Shown piece by piece: positions 22,684-25,293 of a stretch of DNA of 25,293 nt (the first letter of the stretch is position 1; each line of letters opens with the position of its first letter). The stretch is from an uncultured virus (IMG/VR IMGVR_UViG_3300044701_002566) (Duplodnaviria; Heunggongvirae; Uroviricota; Caudoviricetes): the IMG/VR virus record IMGVR_UViG_3300044701_002566, one strand, 5' to 3'. The notes beneath the pieces are model-generated. The model did no database searches and was not told where the DNA came from. It was given only the letters and a program-made list of their open reading frames with translations. Made by a program: the position numbers and the translations under genes.

Positions 22684-23559
22684 TCAGGGAAGGGCGCTGA
22701 CTCTGAGGTAGGTAATGGCGGCGCGGACGACGTTTTGTCCTATGGTTATAGCCGCACCTGTTAGGTTCGGCCATGTGCCGAAGGTGTGAGCTACAAACCA
22801 AAAATGAGCAGTGATTGAGTTAGCGGAACTGATGTCAATGAGCGACGGTGATCCAAGAATGTGGGATGCATAGTTGCTGGCGCCTGCCAAGGACTGCAGT
22901 TGTGGCGTGCCGCTTGAGATTGTCGCCATCCAATACATTTGACCCGCGACAAGACTAAAAGGAGTCACTGCAGCCGTCACCAAGCCGGCAGTTGCAGAAC
23001 TTAAGCTGCTAGTTGTTGCCAGAGGATTGCCAGTTGGCAGGCCATTCAAGGAGGCGTAAATAGCGAGCTGCACCGTACTGCCTGAAGAGGCATTGGTAAC
23101 TCGTGCGCCGATTTGATCGACGGAGATTGATCGTTGAGGGACAAAGGGATAAAGATAGATGGTGTTGGCGCTAAGCGGGAATCCGTTACTTATGGGGCCT
23201 GTAACAGGACTAATCCAGTTACCTGCCGCGTATCCGGCGAAGCCAGTGCCGGCCGGGCCAGCCGGACCCTCGGGGCCAATCGGGCCGGTTTCCCCTTGCG
23301 GACCCTGAGGACCGGTGGCGCCTGTCGCACCAGCAGGCCCAGTTTCCCCTTGAGGGCCAGTCGGGCCCGCAGGGCCGGTCGCACCCACCAGTGACGCCAG
23401 CCATTGCGCCTCAGTGCCAACAAACCCCTCTTCAACTGCCACTTCATAAGCAGTTTTCCCCGGAATACCTTGAGTGCCCGGTGAGTTGACTGTAACAATC
23501 CTTGTGGTAGGTGCTTGTATGACAACGCGCCTGCCGTTTTCCGTTGCTGCTATGGTCAT
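22684..23559 (-). CDS. collagen-repeat tail fibre/appendage protein
   Basis: [26 protein letters not shown] motif, G-X-Y repeats, beta-rich C-terminal domain. Confidence 0.85.
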   Translation of the reverse strand: MTIAATENGRRVVIQAPTTRIVTVNSPGTQGIPGKTAYEVAVEEGFVGTEAQWLASLVGATGPAGPTGPQGETGPAGATGATGPQGPQGETGPIGPEGPAGPAGTGFAGYAAGNWISPVTGPISNGFPLSANTIYLYPFVPQRSISVDQIGARVTNASSGSTVQLAIYASLNGLPTGNPLATTSSLSSATAGLVTAAVTPFSLVAGQMYWMATISSGTPQLQSLAGASNYASHILGSPSLIDISSANSITAHFWFVAHTFGTWPNLTGAAITIGQNVVRAAITYLRVSALP

Positions 23560-23897
23560 GGCCTATAACTCAATCCGGGATTCCATAGCGCAGAACCTTC
23601 CAAGATGTAATACTTGACGCCGCCAGGCTCTGTCACTAAAACATCGTAGCGTCCTTGCTCTATGATGCCGCTTGTCGTAGAAGCAGGCAGTGTCAGCTTG
23701 AACATGCCGCTAGCCTGCGCTGTCCATTGCGTTGTAAACGTGGCAAGGCGAGAAGTGCCTAGCCTGTTCCATAGTTGACCGCTAACGGTATAGCCGCTCA
23801 TGTTGACGGGCGTATTGTTCTCGTCGGCATACTCCAGTTCAAGCTCAAACGTTGCCCCTTGATAGATGGTAATGTCGTAGGAACCAGGAGACTGCAT
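23556..23897 (-). CDS. tail adaptor-like beta-sandwich protein
   Basis: [11 protein letters not shown]...PVNMSGYT...GRYDVLV...YILEG. Confidence 0.75.
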   Translation of the reverse strand: MQSPGSYDITIYQGATFELELEYADENNTPVNMSGYTVSGQLWNRLGTSRLATFTTQWTAQASGMFKLTLPASTTSGIIEQGRYDVLVTEPGGVKYYILEGSALWNPGLSYRP

Positions 23898-24010
23898 GGC
23901 TATTTCTGCTCTGCATCTAGCTTAAAGCACGAAGAGGCGCGTGATGATGATTAGGTGTTTGGAAATGGTGCGGCGGGTGGGATAATCTTTGCAAGAAAGG
24001 CTTATCATCT

Positions 24011-24712
24011 TTAAGTCGGAACGCAAGAGAAGTTGGCATTGAAAAAGCCTGTACTCCCAACTCCTCCATCAAAAACAGGAATAGGATAAAAGCCAGACAC
24101 GTCCGTGGCATCATTGAACCCATTGACACCGTTAACAAATCTAGCGTCAAAAATGGCTGTTCCTGTTTGGCACTGAACATTACCGCCACTGCCAGAGAAA
24201 TTACCAATAGCAGCAATGACGTAACCGTCAGACAAAGATGAGTCTGGAAGACTGACAACTGGTGAAACGGATTGCCAGAAGTATCCATTACGAAGTGTGT
24301 AGGTATTGCCGTGGACAAAAGTGGCGCTAGCTAATTCTGTGTAGTCTTCTGGGGTAGATCCACCGTTCTCGATGGACCACAGCTTCACTGTATAAGTGGT
24401 GCCACTTCCCCAACCCGCCTGAGAAGCAAATCCAAGCCCGTTCAGTTGCACGCCTGTGGTGGTTCCAAAGTAAAACCCAAAAGACGATGGATTGGTGTTG
24501 TACGCGGCCAATGTACTTTCACCTGAAATGGTGTAACCAAGCGGCGCCTCAGCCGCAGAATCGGACACCACAAACTTACTCTGCACTGCAACGCTTTCAA
24601 TGCCCTCAACTTCTAATGCCTGCGTGCGTCCGCTCATCCCATCAAGGATGAACACGCCCAGGCTTTCTGCAATAGAGCTGGTAGTAGTTGTTGTCCACGG
24701 GTTGTCAGCCAT
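24011..24712 (-). CDS. virion structural protein with DUF4082-like beta domain
   Basis: FGFYF...NGLGF...VKLW...LASAT...GYFWQSV...YVIAA pattern. Confidence 0.6.
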   Translation of the reverse strand: MADNPWTTTTTSSIAESLGVFILDGMSGRTQALEVEGIESVAVQSKFVVSDSAAEAPLGYTISGESTLAAYNTNPSSFGFYFGTTTGVQLNGLGFASQAGWGSGTTYTVKLWSIENGGSTPEDYTELASATFVHGNTYTLRNGYFWQSVSPVVSLPDSSLSDGYVIAAIGNFSGSGGNVQCQTGTAIFDARFVNGVNGFNDATDVSGFYPIPVFDGGVGSTGFFNANFSCVPT

Positions 24713-24717
24713 AAACG

Positions 24718-25059
24718 TTAGGGAGTAAGTGCTGCTCCAAAAATGGTCAGCGATGGTGAGTCGGTGTCTGCCACTGCAACTAGAGCATCATCCTCTAGGC
24801 TTACCACGGCGGGAGGATTATTGGCGTTGGCAATCATTGCAGTGTTGCCCAGTGCATCAGTAACTGTCACCAGTCCGGCGAGGATGGCTTCGGTGGTGAT
24901 GTTGGTAGTGACGGAGCCAAGCGAAACGGCAAAACTTCCGCCTTGCACAATCTTCGTGGATTCCCAGTAGGGCGACGCTGTGGCGGTGATGCCATTGAGG
25001 CTGATGCCAGAGAGCGTGACGCTGGTCTGCCCTGACGGACTCTGATTGATGGCGGCCAT
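24718..25059 (-). CDS. structural hypothetical protein (113 aa)
   Basis: S/T/A-rich; coupled to the upstream stop. Confidence 0.65.
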   Translation of the reverse strand: MAAINQSPSGQTSVTLSGISLNGITATASPYWESTKIVQGGSFAVSLGSVTTNITTEAILAGLVTVTDALGNTAMIANANNPPAVVSLEDDALVAVADTDSPSLTIFGAALTP

Positions 25060-25293
25060 CAGACCATCCTCGCCAGGAACAGCGGAGAGGCGCCTGTGAC
25101 GGCAGAAGCGTTGGCGGCAAAGTCAAGCACCTCCCACTCTTCAGTGCCTGCGCTCACGACGAACGTGTCACCAGGGCTGAAGGTGTTGGTGGCATAGTGG
25201 AAGGTCAGGCCGAAGTCAGCAGGCAGCGGGTCCGTGATGTACGGCATGAACGGCATACTGTGAAATACGGGATTACTGTTGCTGGTGAAGGCA
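25059..25293 (-). CDS. C-terminal part of a structural protein (5' end beyond the window)
   Basis: Frame is open to the window edge (AFTSNSNPVFHSMPFMPY...LPADFG...GDTFVVSAGTEEWEVL...LFLARMV). Confidence 0.7.
   Translation of the reverse strand, partial: AFTSNSNPVFHSMPFMPYITDPLPADFGLTFHYATNTFSPGDTFVVSAGTEEWEVLDFAANASAVTGASPLFLARMV

Noticed and set aside
23240..23385. GC-rich repeats as a DNA-level element
   Set aside because: Explained by collagen G-X-Y codons.

Overview
This 25.3-kb window is a segment of a tailed dsDNA phage, most likely infecting a picocyanobacterium (inferred from cyanobacterial-type regulatory motifs, gene content and SD-less pyrimidine-rich leaders). From left to right it holds: (1) a minus-strand early/accessory region (1-10154) of short genes including GP88-like, DUF932, WYL/SH3-like, RlpA and a TerS-like HTH protein, many with their own repeated promoter cassette; (2) replication, recombination and nucleotide genes (primase-helicase, RHH regulator, Sak3/DUF1071, PD-(D/E)XK exonuclease, SSB-like, dcd, endonuclease, thyX, DUF3310, HNH); (3) a lysis cluster (holin-like genes, GH73+C39 endolysin); (4) the end of a minus-strand tail/structural operon. 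The most striking signals are non-coding. A ~500-bp island (966-1475) consists almost entirely of tandem motifs matching four different host transcription-factor site types (LysR-type T-N11-A x11, LexA x3, RpaB/HLR1-like half-sites x4-5, Fur x1), a candidate multi-TF decoy array. Seven early promoters carry an HLR1-like direct repeat at two fixed, helically phased distances. Two plus-strand ORF-less transcription units (6741-7055) sit among minus-strand genes, and the first has a 6S-RNA-like fold. All protein and motif calls are by eye; no searches were run.
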